Positions 40,839 to 55,600 of a DNA stretch of 64,000 bases are shown here, in pieces; position 1 is the stretch's first letter; the number at the start of each line of letters is the position of its first letter. Source of the DNA: Macrostomum lignano (taxonomy: Eukaryota); the NCBI GenBank assembly GCA_002269645.1, contig NIVC01001880.1, forward strand, positions 62,001-126,000. The letters are read 5' to 3'. Made by a program: the position numbers and the translations under genes. The notes under the pieces were generated by a model. The model ran no database searches. It worked only from the letters and a program-made list of their open reading frames with translations, and was not told the origin of the DNA.

Positions 40839-42865
40839 CGGACGGCTCGACCCCATGTCGAGCTCTGCTTACTTGATTTTCCTCTTCACCCGCATTCCAC
40901 CGTGCTGCACCGCCTCTTTGACCTTCTTTGTTACTATTCTTCAAGTGCGCACTTTTCACGCCTCTGCTTTTTGCGAATTTTAGAATTCAGTTATGGAAAT
41001 GTACTTTTATGTGTTGTATGCACTGGCAAATCAACTTTTGAGTCATTTTCAATGTAATTTTCTATTTGCGGGGGTAATGCACTGTTTTGAAAATGCACTT
41101 TATCTTAACCACATATACTGCATGCAATAACTGGATGGGCCACTCAGGCACATATACTTAGTAAAACAGCTTTCTACTTTCAGTTCAGTAGCAAGGAAGA
41201 ATACACAAGCTATTTTATAAAAATAAAGGCAGCTGAAATGACTTTGATAAATTTAGAAGCCCAAGCTTGCAGGCGTAAACAACTTGCTAGTTGGTTCAGC
41301 AATAATGTACATTAGCCAGTCCACTGAAATGTACATGGCAGATTTAGGCTGGATTTCCGAGAAAGGCAATAAAAATTGGGGAGGGGCGGGGGGGTGGTGT
41401 GGAAAGGCGCGGTTGGAGGGTTAAATCTGTGAGGGGGGTAAGAGCCAATAAATGAGCCTTGGCTTTAAAAATACATTAAAATGCTTCTGTTAAACTTACT
41501 ACTGAACTGAAAGTAGCTTACACGCAAATGTGCTGAGTGGTCTATCCAGTTATTCTAGTATCTGTGGTCTTAACAACTACTTTGGGGGAGTTAACAGGTT
41601 AATATTCGTCCAAAGTTTTCTTTTGCATCATTTAATAATGAATGGAGTCTGGGAAAGGTGCAAACCCGGAAATTACTAGACATTATAACAAAGTTATCCA
41701 TGTTTGAAAGTAAACTTATATGGAAATGAAGTAATCTACAATTTTACTATACGCAATATTTTTATTGCTTTAACCTAGGAAACCCTCCATTTAATATATG
41801 GTTATTCTTTCAAAACTTTCAAAATTTGTAATTCTAACAAAATGCTTACTCTTCTACTTGCAGTAGCAGTTATCTGTTGCAAAACTTTTAGCTTTACAGA
41901 TTAGAATAGTTTTTCATTGGCATCTTGAGCCCATCAATAAATAGTTGCTACCAAACCAATATCACTCTGATCCGTCCAACTGTGCCTGTGAATCTGTTTT
42001 ACCTCAGCGGCACCTGTTTACTCAAATCGCATTCCGTCGCCCTCTGTCTCCCGGATCCTCCCCAAAAATATTAGCAACCATCCGTCCTGTGCAAAGTCGA
42101 GTCAGCAAATATATTCACCAAGGCACTTGATGCTCTGTTTTATCTATACTACTGACCCAATGCAGTAGTCTTTATGTTTGAGCACTTCTTAATCTCTAAA
42201 CTGCGCGAGAAAGCCTTTTGAACTGGCTTATTGAACTGGCAGGGCAAGTGGGGGCTTGTGTGTTTGAAAATTGGCCTGTGTGGCTCACGTGCAGTTCATA
42301 ACTATGGCTGCAGGACGGTCTCGCCGAAGGCGCTGCACCAGGGGGCCCGCGCAGTCTTTCTGCTAGCATAGATTTTCATGTACATGACACTTCTCGGATG
42401 ATGATGCAGCCTGCCAGCTGGAGTCTCCGACGGCGCCGCAGGACAGGACGGTGACTCGCTCATCGCCAAGTTTGAAGGCCCCTTCAACCTGCCGTTCGAA
42501 TGATTTTGTCAGCGTACACATTCAATAACACTGCAGCCTGTGATGGCGCTGATTGAATACTGCTATGGGAGCTGAGCACTCTCGGCTGAAGCACTGGTCC
42601 GATAATTAGGTTTTTTATGCTAATTATAGGCTAGACTTTGGCGTCTAGATTGAAAATCAAATTGCTGTCGTATTTGAATGAGGGGAGCGCGGTGGAGCTC
42701 TGCCAGTGGGTGGGAGCTCTGCTGGACCCCGCGGGGCAGATAATGGGATTAGCGCATGAAGCTGCGGCAGTCGGGGGGCTCGTGCAGTTCCAAGGGAAAT
42801 AAGAAAACATTGCAGCTTGCACTTGGCTTCTTTGAGACTTGTTCACAAACAGTATCCCTTCTGAG

Positions 42866-43155
42866 ACAGACAGACAGACGGTTAGGCAGGCAGACAGTTA
42901 GGCAGATACAGGCAGCAGACAGACAGACGGTTAGGCAGACAGACAGACAGACACAGGCAGACAGACAGACAGACAGCTAGGCGGACACAGGCGGCAGACA
43001 GACAGACAGATAGGCAGACACAGGCAGCAGACAGACAGACGGTTAGGCAGACAGACAGACACAGACAGACAGACAGACAGACAGTCAGACAGACAGACAG
43101 ACAGCTAGGCGGACACAGGCGGCAGACAGACAGACAGATAGGCAGACAGACAGAC
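42866..43155. repeat. (AGAC)n / AGGCAGAC microsatellite
   Basis: Upstream of glutamate receptor exon 1. Confidence 0.9.
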
Positions 43156-43617
43156 AGCCGCAGCGCCAGTTAGCAGGTGCCGCAGAGGTCACTGCCGCGC
43201 TGCTGGCACCGCAGCGCCCCTCCTTCCTCTCCGCTCGAGTTCTCAAGCCGGGGTCTGAGTGGCGGCCGTTTGGTGACAAACTGCCCCCCCCCCTGTCTGA
43301 GTGCGGCGCCACAGCGAGGTGGAGAGGCTGAGATTCCGATGAAGCAGGATAGAGGAGAGGCTTGTCCTAAGCCGCCAGCCTGAAGAGAGGCGACCCAGAA
43401 ATGCCTGGCCCAAGCCGATTGGAGCAGCAGCCCCTTGCCCGGGACGGGAATTCTCCTCCTGTGGCCCCAGGAGAGGCGGATGGGCCGCTATGGCGGGAAA
43501 CCCGATCTCTGCGGAGGCATGAGCAGTTTATCATCGCTCTTCTCTCCGCTTCTCTGCCTGCTCAGCGCGTTGCAGTTTGCAGTTGCAGCTCGGTTGCTTT
43601 TTCTTCTGCCAGACAGG

Positions 43618-46600
43618 ATGAAGCACTTCAGCCTCCCGAGAGGCGGCTGCGGCTTGCTGCTCTGCTGCTTCATGTGGGCTGCCGCCGCTCCGCCAGGCGC
43701 AATGGCCGCCAAGAAAACCTATCTTATTGGTGAGTGACGCTATGAGTGAGTTCATGAGTTATGAGTGAATTTATGAGTGATTTGATAAGTGAGATCATGA
43801 ATGATGCATGAGTTGGTGAGTGATGCATAAGTTGGTGAGTGATGCATGAGTTGGTGAGTGATGCATAAGTTGGTGAGTGATGCATAAGTTGGTGAGTGAT
43901 GCATAAGTTGGTGAGTGATGCATGAGTTGGTGAGTGATGCATAAGTTGGTGAGTGATTCATAAGTTGGTGAGTGACGCATAAGTTGGTGAGTGATGCATA
44001 AGTTGGTGAGTGATGCATAAGTTGGTGAGTGATGCATGAGTTGGTGAGTGATGCATAAGTTGGTGAGTGATGCATAAGTTGGTGAGTGATGCATAAGTTG
44101 GTGAGTGATGCATGAGTTGGTGAGTGATGCATAAGTTGGTGAGTGATGCATGAGTTGGTGAGTGATGCATAAGTTGGTGAGTGATTCATAAGTTGGTGAG
44201 TGATATATGAGTTGGTGAGTGATGCATGAGTTGGTGAGTGATGCATAAGTTGGTGAGTGATGCATGAGTTGGTGAGTGATGCATGAGTTGGTGAGTGATG
44301 CATAAGTTGGTGAGTGATGCATAAGTTGGTGAGTGATTCATGAGATGGTGAGTGATGCATGAGTTGGTGAGTGATGCATAAGTTGGTGAGTGATGCATAA
44401 GTTGGTGAGTGATTCATGAGATGGTGAGTGATGCATGAGTTGGTGAGTGATGCATGAGTTGGTGAGTGATGCATGAGTTGGTGAGTGATGCATAAGTTGG
44501 TGAGTGATGCATAAGTTGGTGAGTGATTCATGAGATGGTGAGTGATGCATGAGTTTGTGAGTGATGCATGAGTTGGTGAGTGATGCATAAGTTGGTGAGT
44601 GATATATGAGTTGGTGAGTGATATATGAGTTGGTGAGTGATGCATGAGTTGGTGAGTGATGCATAAGTTGGTGAGTGATGCATGAGTTGGTGAGTGATGC
44701 ATGAGTTGGTGAGTGATGCATAAGTTGGTGAGTGATGCATAAGTTGGTGAGTGATTCATGAGATGGTGAGTGATGCATGAGTTTGTGAGTGATGCATGAG
44801 TTGGTGAGTTATGCATAAGTTGGTGAGTGATATATGAGTTGGTGAGTGATATATGAGTTGGTGAGTGATGCATGAGTTGGTGAGTGATGCATGAGTTGGT
44901 GAGTGATGCATGAGTTGGTGAGTGATGCATGAGTTGGTGAGTGATGCATAAGTTGGTGAGTGATATATGAGTTGGTGAGTGATATATGAGTTGGTGAGTG
45001 ATGCATGAGTTGGTGAGTGATGCATGAGTTGGTGAGTGATGCATAAGTTGGTGAGTGATATATGAGTTGGTGAGTGATATATGAGTTGGTGAGTGATGCA
45101 TGAGTTGGTGAGTGATGCATGAGTTGGTGAGTGATATATGAGTTGGTGAGTGATGCATAAGTTGGTGAGTGATGCATGAGTTGGTGAGTGATGCATGAGT
45201 TGGTGAGTGATGCATGAGTTGGTGAGTGATGCATGAGTTGGTGAGTGATGCATGAGTTGGTGAGTGATGCATGAGTTGGTGAGTGATGCATGAGTTGGTG
45301 AGTGATGCATGAGTTGGTGAGTGATGCATGAGTTGGTGAGTGATGCATGAGTTGGTGAGTGATGCATGAGTTGGTGAGTGATATATGAGTTGGTGAGTGA
45401 TGCATGAGTTGGTGAGTGATATATGAGTTGGTGAGTGATGCATGAGTGAGTTCATGGGTGAGTTTATGAGTGAATCTATGAGTGATCTATTAAATGAGAT
45501 CATGAATGATGCATGAGTTGGTGAGTGATGCATGAGTTGGTGAGTGATGCATGAGTTTGTGAGTGATGCATGAGTTTGTGAGTGATGCATGAGTTTGTGA
45601 GTGATGCATGAGTTGGTGAGTGATATATGAGCTGGTGAGTGAGTAGATAGCGCGGCCCCTTCAGAGACCCTCCAAGCACATCTTCAACCGCAAACAGGCA
45701 CGCCAAAAGGAACTCAGTTTTCTCTGAAGTCCCCCGCCTTCATCCCTTACTGTCGAGACCGCGGCCCTGAATTATTTAGCGGTCCATCAGATCAGCTGGG
45801 GTCCCCCGGGCTCTCCCAGCCCGCACTGCCGCACGCCGCCAGCGACTTCATCAAAGTGAAAATCGATTGCAACTTGGAGACCGCCGCAGCGCCGCCTTGG
45901 GATGGCGGTCGGAAATCAAATGGAATCAACTCAACTGCCGGGTGGCTGACTCTTCGCATGCGGGAATCACTAGCGCCTGCGAATCCCACACTCCACAGCT
46001 ACGAATCCCCACACTCCACAGCTACGAATCCCCACACTCCACAGCTACGAATCCCCACACTCCACAGCTACGAATCCCCACACTCCGCAGTTACGAATCC
46101 CCACACTCCACAGCTACGAATCCCCACACTCCGCAGTTACGAATCCCCACACTCCACAGCTACGAATCCCCACACTCTGCAGCTACGAATCCCCACACTC
46201 CGCAGCTACGAATCCCCACACTCCGCAGCTACGAATCCCCACACTCCGCAGCTACGAATCCCCACACTCCGCAGCTACGAATCCCCACACTTTGCAGCTA
46301 CGAATCCCCACAATCTACAGCTACGAATCCCCACACTCCACAGCTACGAATCCCCACACTCCACAGCTACGAATCCCCACACTCCGCAGCTACGAATCCC
46401 CACACTCCGCAGTTACGAATCCCCACACTCCACAGCTAAGAATCCCCACACTCCACAGCTACGAATCCCCACACTCCACAGCTAAGAATCCCCACACTCT
46501 GCAGCTACGAATCCCCACACTCCACAGCTACGAATCCCCACACTCCACAGCTACGAATCCCCACACTCCGCAGTTACGAATCCCCACACTCCGCAGTTAC

Positions 46601-49600
46601 GAATCCCCACACTCCACAGCTACGAATCCCCACACTCCGCAGTTACGAATCCCCACACTCCACAGCTACGAATCCCCACACTCTGCAGCTACGAATCCCC
46701 ACACTCCGCAGCTACGAATCCCCACACTCCGCAGCTACGAATCCCCACACTTTGCAGCTACGAATCCCCACAATCTACAGCTACGAATCCCCACACTCCA
46801 CAGCTACGAATCCCCACACTCCACAGCTACGAATCCCCACACTCCGCAGTTACGAATCCCCACACTCCACAGCTACGAATCCCCACACTCCACAGCTACG
46901 AATCCCCACACTCCACAGCTAAGAATCCCCACACTCTGCAGCTACGAATCCCCACACTCCACAGCTACGAATCCCCACACTCCACAGCTACGAATCCCCA
47001 CACTCCGCAGTTACGAATCCCCACACTCCACAGCTACGAATCCCCACACTCTGCAGCTACGAATCCCCACACTCCGCAGCTACGAATCCCCACACTCCGC
47101 AGCTACGAATCCCCACACTTTGCAGCTACGAATCCCCACAATCTACAGCTACGAATCCCCACACTCCACAGCTACGAATCCCCACACTCCACAGCTACGA
47201 ATCCCCACACTCTGCAGCTACGAATCCCCACACTCCGCAGCTACGAATCCCCACACTCCGCAGCTACGAATCCCCACACTTTGCAGCTACGAATCCCCAC
47301 AATCTACAGCTACGAATCCCCACACTCCGCAGTTACGAATCCCCACACTCCACAGCTACGAATCCCCACACTCTGCAGCTACGAATCCCCACACTCCGCA
47401 GCTACGAATCCCCACACTCCGCAGCTACGAATCCCCACACTTTGCAGCTACGAATCCCCACAATCTACAGCTACGAATCCCCACACTCCACAGCTACGAA
47501 TCCCCACACTCCACAGCTACGAATCCCCACACTCCGCAGTTACGAATCCCCACACTCCACAGCTACGAATCCCCACACTCTGCAGCTACGAATCCCCACA
47601 CTCCGCAGCTACGAATCCCCACACTCCGCAGCTACGAATCCCCACACTCTGCAGCTACGAATCCCCACACTCCACAGCTACGAATCCCCACACTCCGCAG
47701 CTACGAATCCCCACACTCCGCAGCTACGAATCCCCACACTTTGCAGCTACGAATCCCCACACTCCACAGCTACGAATCCCCACACTCCGCAGCTACGAAT
47801 CCCCACACTCCGCAGCTACGAATCCCCACACTCCACAGCTACGAATCCCCACACTCCGCAGTTACGAATCCCCACACTCCACAGCTAAGAATCCCCACAC
47901 TCCACAGCTACGAATCCCCACACTCCACAGCTAAGAATCCCCACACTCTGCAGCTACGAATCCCCACACTCCGCAGCTACGAATCCCCACACTCCACAGC
48001 TACGAGTCCCCACACTCCGCAGCTACGAATCCCCACACTCCACAGCTACGAATCCCCACACTCCACAGCTACGAATCCCCACACTCCACAGCTACGAATC
48101 CCCACACTCCACAGCTACGAATCCCCACACTCCGCAGCTACGAATCCCCACACTCTACAGCTACGAATCCCCACACTCCGCAGTTACGAAATCCCCACAC
48201 TCCACAGCTACGAATCCCCACACTCCGCAGCTACGAACCCCCACACTCCACAGCTACGAATCCCCACACTTTGCAGCTACGAATCCCCACACTTTGCAGC
48301 TACGAATCCCCACACTCCGCAGCTACGAATCCCCACACTCCACAGCTACGAATCCCCACACCCCAACCACCGCAGGCGGCATCTTCAAGAACAGCAGCCT
48401 GCAGTCTGCCAGCTACGCTGCCTTCAACTTCGCCATCGAGCAGCTCCGCTTGCGTAGCGACAGCGGCGACCGCTTGGCCGGCCCCGCCAGCTTCTCCTGG
48501 TTCGGGCCGCTGGGGGGCCGCCGGGACCGCTACGAGGCCGCCGTCGAGTTCGTGGAAAATCCTGAGGACTCGTTTCAGATCAGCAGCGCCAGTGAGTGGC
48601 GGGGCGGCTCCGCTGACCGGCTGGGTGGGGCGGCTCCGCTGACCGGCTGGGTGGGGAGTTCGATTCGGGCCAGCTCAAGCCTGAGCAAGTAGCTGAGTAT
48701 TTTCACTCAGTCACTGCCGGCAGACCGCTTTGCCTCTTTCACTCTCTTTCACATCTGATATGCTATTTTGTATCGTTCAATGTCCACTTCTGTCACCTTT
48801 TGTCACCCTCTGTCACAATCTGTCACAATTTGTCACTATCTGTCACGATCTATAACTATATGTCACTATCTGTCACCCTATGCCACTATTCGTCACTATC
48901 TGTCACCATCGGTCACTATCTGTCACTATTTGTCACACTTTTACTATCTGCCACTATCTGTTACTCTCTGTCACTATCTATCAATCTCTGTCTCATCTGG
49001 CGTAATCTGTCACAATCTGTCACTATCTGTCACTATCTGTCACAATCTGTCACTATCTGTCACTATCTGTTACCCTCGAGCGTACGAGTGCGTCGCCCCC
49101 TGTCACCCCCCACAACCGCTGCAGTCTGCCGGCTGGTGTCGCGAGGCGTTCTCGCCATATTCGGGCCGGCCCACTACAAGACGCTGCCCATGGTGCAGTC
49201 GATGACGGACAACCTGGCCGTGCTGTACCTGACTAACAGCTTCGTTGATCAGCTGCAGCCGGACAGGATTGTGCACCGGCGCCAAAAGACGAGCAGCGGA
49301 GGAGGCGCCGGCAGAGCTAGCGGCGGCGGCGGAAGCTCCAGCGGCCGCGGAGGCAGCAGGGTGCATGGCAAGTTCCTCATCAGGCTGAAGCCGGTCATCA
49401 CCCAGGCTCTCATTGCCATCATTGACCATGAGAACTGGGAGCGGTTCTTCTTCCTGTACGACAGCCAGTCCGGTGAGCCGTTTGGGTGGGCTGGGACTGG
49501 ACAGTGTCCGGTTGGGATGATGCAGTGTCCGGTTGGGATGATGCAGTGTCCGGTTGGGATGATGCAGTGTCCGGTTGTGATGATGAGTGTCCGGTTGTGA

Positions 49601-52600
49601 TGATGCATTGTCCGGTTGTGATGATGCATTGTCCGGTTGGGATGATGCAGTGTCCAGTTGGGATGATCCAGTGTCCGGTTGTGATGATGCATTGTCCGGT
49701 TGTGATGATGCATTGTCCGGTTGGGATTATGCAGTGTCGGGTTGGGTTGATGCAGTGTCCGGTTGGGATGATGCAGTGTCCGGTTGTAATGATGAGTGTC
49801 CGGTTGGGAAGATGCATTGTCCGGTTAAGATTATGCAGTGTCCGGTTGTGATGATGAGTGTTCGGTTGGAATGATGAGTGTCCGGTTGTGATGATGCATT
49901 GTCCGGTTGGGATGATGCAGTGTCCGGTTGGGATGATGCAGTGTCCGGTTGGGATTATGCAGTGTCCGGTTGGGATGATGAGTGTCCGGTTGGGATTATG
50001 CAGTGTCCGGTTGGGATGATGCAGTGTCCGGTTGTGATGATGAGTGTCCGGTTGGGAAGATGCATTGTCCGGTTAAGATTATGCAGTGTCCGGTTGTGAT
50101 GATGAGTGTTCGGTTGGAATGATGAGTGTCCGGTTGTGATGATGCATTGTCCGGTTGGGATGATGCAGTGTCCGGTTGGGATGATGCAGTGTCCGGTTGG
50201 GATTATGCAGTGTCCGGTTGGGATGATGAGTGTCCGGTTGGGATTATGCAGTGTCGGGTTGGGTTGATGCAGTGTCCGGTTGGGATGATGCAGTGTCCGG
50301 TTGTGATGATGAGTGTCCGGTTGGGAAGATGCATTGTCCGGTTAAGATTATGCAGTGTCCGGTTGTGATGATGAGTGTTCGGTTGGAATGATGAGTGTCC
50401 GGTTGTGATGATGCATTGTCCGGTTGGGATGATGCAGTGTCCGGTTGGGATGATGCAGTGTCCGGTTGGGATTATGCAGTGTCCGGTTGGGATGATGAGT
50501 GTCCGGTTGGGATGATGCAGTGTCCAGTTGGGATGATCCAGTGTCCGGTTGGGATGATGAGCGTCCGGTTGGGATTATGCAGTGTCCGGTTGGGATGATG
50601 AGCGTCCGGTTGGGATTATGCAGTGTCCGGTTGGGATGATGCAGTGTCCAATTGGGATACATGAGTTCATATGTGAGATTTGAATTGTACTTTTCGTACG
50701 CTGGGATGTCTCTTTAAGACATGCGGAGCTGGACAGATCTGAGTGTCCCAGCTGCATGCCGGATTCTTGATCAGCTGAAAAATCAATTGGAAAAATTAGC
50801 GTAGAGGCATTCGAGTCTTCCAGCACAGCAGGAGCCTCATTAGCATGGGGCTGAGCCGGCAAACTGCTGCAAACTGGCTCGAGTCTGTGCGGAAACAGAG
50901 GCCGCCTTGGTGTCCCCTGGGAATCGCAATGTCTTGCGGGTGCTCCGCTGATGGACCGGAGCCGCTGAGCAAAACATCAAAGAAGACTTTTAGCTTAAAC
51001 TAGCATATGGGATTAGTATTTGTCACTATGGTGACAGAGCGATATGCCTCGGAGAGCTTCTCCGCAAAAGCGTTTGAAACACTCTTTCGTAGATGCAGTT
51101 GCTAAGTCGGTTGCTAAGGCCGGTTGCTAAGACCAGTTGCTAAGACAGTAGTTCACAGTGCTATAGTTACTGTTTAGAGACGATCATATGGTCACAATCT
51201 GAAATTTCGGTTGCTAAGGCCGCACACAGTCTGACATTCGGTTGCTAAGGCCGCACACAATCTGACATTCGGTTGCTAAGGCCGCACAAATCTGAAATTC
51301 GGTTGCTAAGGCCGCACAAATCTGAAATTCGGTTGCTAAGGCCGCACAAATATGAAATTCGGTTGCTAAGGCCGCACGCAAACTGGCACCTGGTCGCTAA
51401 GGCTCCTCTCCCAGTCAGACTGGCGCAATCCGCTCCCCAATCTGCAGCCCTGCTCCGCCTGCGCGAGCTATTCGAGGCCTACAACAACCGGGACGCCACA
51501 ATCAGCGCTGACATCCGGGATCTGACGGACAACAGCGACAGGAGCGCCGCGGCGGCCACCGTACTGAACTATATCGATAAAAAGTCCAAGGAGACGCTGA
51601 AACGAGTTTTTCTAGACGTTTCCGATCAGGAACTGCAGCGGAAACTCTTTGCTGAGGTTAGTTGGGGCCGCTTATGGAAACTGTTCCAGGGCTTTGCTGA
51701 GAAGATTGGGCAATCCTTAACCTTTCTTGACCTTCCTTGACCGATTTATTTCTTAGACACCTGTGTGTGCTCTTGGCTACTTAGGAAGCTTAACAAGATA
51801 ATGAATTCTTAGAAAACTTAATAAAATATTGGTTCCTTAGAACGCTCTGCAAGATTTTGCTTTTAAGAAAACTCGAGGACATATTGGTTTCTTGGAAACT
51901 TGGGCAAGGCATTGGTTTCTTAGAAATCTCTCCAAGATAGTGGTTTCTTAGAAATCTCTTCAAGATATTTGTTTCTTAGAAATCTCTCCAAGCTATTTGT
52001 TTCTTAGAAATCCCTCCAATATATTGGTTTCTTAGAAATCCCTCCAATATATTGGTTTCTTAGAAATCCCTCCAAGATATTGGTTTCTTAGAAATCTCTC
52101 CAAGATATTGGTTTCTTAGAAATCTCTCCAAGATATTGGTTTCTTAGAAATCTCGCCAAGATATTGGTTTCTTAGAAATCTCGCCAAGATGTTTTTTTCT
52201 TAGAAATCCCTCCAATATATTGGTTTCTTAGAAATCCCTTCAAGATATTGGTTTCTTAGAAACTTGGGGAAGGTATTGGCTTCGAGAAAGTTCTGGAAGA
52301 CATTGGTTTCATAGAAATCTCTCCAGGATATAGGTTTCTTAGAAATTTCTCTAGGATATTGGTTTATTAGAAATCTGTCCAAGATATAGGTTTTTTAGAA
52401 AGCTGTACAGGGTATTAGTTTCGTAGAAAGCTCTCCAAAATATTTATTTCTTAGAAATTTACACGAAGTATTGGTTTCTTAAAAAGCTTTAAACGCTTTT
52501 GGCTTTTTAGGAAGCTAGGAAAAATTGGTTTCTTAGAAAGCTTTTACAGCAATGAGAGCAGAGTTGATTTCTTAAAAATCACGAGGAACCAAAGTTTCAA

Positions 52601-55600
52601 TTTCTTAGAAATCACTCGCATTCTCGCAGATCCGATCGATCAGGAGCAGCCGGTTCAACTACCACTACCTGATCATGGGATCGGTGAGGCTGCATATTTT
52701 TATACAAGTTGTCAGATTGCCTTTTCCAACAGATTTGGATCTGAAATGCACCCGATAACCTCTCAGGACATGAACGAGCTGAATATGACATCCTTCCGTC
52801 ACGGCGGCGTTAACATCACGGGATTCTCCCTGCTGAACGCTTCAAATCCCAAATTTCGCCGCTTCCGCGACGAGTTCTGGAGCCAGGAGGAGCGGCTGAG
52901 GCGGTGGCCGACGAAGTTCGACAACTTGCAGGGGGTCGTGCCGGTGAGGCTTCGCGGCAGGTCCAGTGACTTCACAGAGATCCCGCTGCTACTCGTACTC
53001 TGAGGGCACTCTTGTTGTCACCCTAAAGACGATCTCACTCCTAATCTCACTAGTCCTCATAAAACTCTCTCCTCTTTTGTCACTCTAGAGACACTCTCAC
53101 CCTCACTCTAAAGACACTCCTGCCGTCACTCTAAAGACACTCCCACCGTCACTCTAAAGACACTCCCACCTTCACTCTAGAGACACTTCCATCGTCACTC
53201 TAGAGACACTCCCACCTTCACTCTAAAGACACTCCCACCTTCACTCTAGAGACACTCCCACCGTCACTCTAGAGACACTCCCACCTTCACTCTAAAGACA
53301 CTCCCACCTTCACTCTAGAGACACTCCCACCGTCACTCTAAAGACACTCCCACCGTCACTCTAAAGACACTCCCACCGTCACTCGGCCGCAGCTGTCCGC
53401 CGCGCTGATGCTAGACGGCATGGAGGCCCTGGTCCGGGCGCACGAGCAGCTGCCCGCAGTCCGCCAGACCCGCCGCCAGGCCGACGACTGCCTGCCGACG
53501 CTGACGCCCGCCTACCCGGCTGCCAGCCTGTCTGGCGCCATCAAAAGCGCCCGCCACGGCACCGGCGCTGGTTTTGAAGGCCTAACGGGCTGGGTGGAGT
53601 TCAACAGGACCGGCTACCGGGACCGTTTCCGGGTGCAGGTGTTCGAGGCCGGGGTCAAGTCCGAGCTGCTGCCCGTGAGCAACTGACTGACCCATTCACT
53701 GACCCACTGACTGACCCACTGTCTGACACACTGCCTGACCCACTGACTGACCCACTGAATGACCCACTGATTGACCCACTGATTGACCCACTGCCTGACC
53801 CACTGACTGACCCACTACCTGACCCACTGACAGACCACTGCCTGACACACTCCATGACCCACTGCCTGACACACTGCCTGACACACTGCCTGACCCACTG
53901 ACTGACCCACTACCTGACCCACTGACAGATCACTGCCTGACACACTCCATGACCCACTGACTGACACACTGCCTGACACACTGCCTGACACACTGCCTGA
54001 TACACTGCCTGACACACTGCCTGACCCACTGCCTGATCCACTACCTGACACACTGCCTGAAACACTGACAATACTTGACCCACTAAATGACACGCTGACT
54101 GAAACAGTGACTGCTCCCTTGAATGACACCTGCTGACACAATGACCTGACAAACTGCCTGACCCACTGACGCATTCACGGTACTGTGACAAGTCAACCAG
54201 CGGACAGATGAATCAGCCAGCTGTCACCGGATCCGCCTTCTCCAGATCAGCGAGTGGTCACGTGACGGCGGCTTCCGCATCACCCGCAGCAAGCTGCGAA
54301 AGAAAGGCCTCCGCCTGAACTTCAGCAACCGGACCCGGGTGGTGACGAGCATCCTGTCTGAGCCGTTCCTGATGCTGCGCGGCAACACCAGCTTTGACGG
54401 CACGCCGCTGGTCGGCAACGAGCGATTTACGGGATTCTGCGCCGACTTCATCAAGCAGCTGGCCCGGAAGATCGGCTTTGATTACGTCATCAAGCCGGTG
54501 GCGGACGGAAACTTCGGGGACGACAGCAACAACGGCACGTGGAACGGCATGATCGGCGAGCTGTACAGACAGGTGCGTGCGGCGCGGCTCGGCTTTGCCT
54601 GGCTTCAGGGACTCCATTCGTCACTCTCAAGACTCTCCAATAGTAGCCGCAACGCGACTTGACAAACCTACTAATAGTAGGCTTGTGACGCGCATTACAG
54701 TACTTTTCATACTTTATGCTTTCAGTGCAACACTTTGATCTGCCGTTAGCAGCCGGGCCCATCCCATCCCAACCTGCCCCAACAGGAGGCGGACATCGCC
54801 GTGGCGCCGCTGACCATCACGTCGAAGAGGGAGAAGGCGGTGGACTTCTCCACGCCCTACATGGAGGTGGGGCTCAGCGTGATGTTCCTGCGCCCGACCA
54901 AGGCGGAGTCGGACCGGTTCGGCTTCATGAAGCCGCTGTCCATGGAGATCTGGATGTGCATCGCCTTCGCCTACTTGGGCGTCAGCGTGGTGCTGTTTGT
55001 GGTGAGCCGGTTCAGCCCGTACGAGTGGTACATGAGCCAGGAGTCGGGGGGCCCGCCAGGTCGCGTCATCAACGATTTCAGCATCTTCAACTCGCTGTGG
55101 TTCGCTTTAAGCGCCTTCATGCAGCAGGGTGGCGACATCTCGCCGAGGTCGCTGTCGGGCAGGATCGTCGGCAGCGTCTGGTGGTTCTTCACGCTGATCA
55201 TCGTTAGCTCGTACACGGCCAACCTGGCCGCCTTCCTGACCGTGGAGCGAATGTCCACCCCCATCCAGTCCTACGAGGACCTGGCCAAGCAGACCAAGAT
55301 CAAGTACGGCGTGGTGAACTCGGGCTCGTCCAAGGACTTCTTCCGGGTGAGCCGGCGTGGCTTCGAGGTTTCGGGTGTGAAATTGCAGCCTGGGGAAATG
55401 AAAATACGGCGGATTAGTGCTCCAGAGATATCATCAATATCAGTGTGTCAGGAGTGACCGCATACTTGTGTCAGGAGTGACCGCATGCTTGTGTCAGGAG
55501 TGACCGCATGCTTGTGTCAGGAGTGACCGCATGCTTGTGTCAGGAGTGACCGCATGCTTGTGTCAGGAATGACCGCATACTTGTGTCAGGAGTGACCGCA

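Noticed and set aside
42410-42505. Possible orphan terminal exon (GVSDGAAGQDGDSLIAKFEGPFNLPFE*)
   Set aside because: No upstream exon or homology could be linked, and it is too short to support.
43724-48457. Very long ORFs (612 aa, 721 aa and others) in receptor intron 1
   Set aside because: They are translations of the 19-bp and 23-bp satellites cycling through frames, with no independent gene structure.
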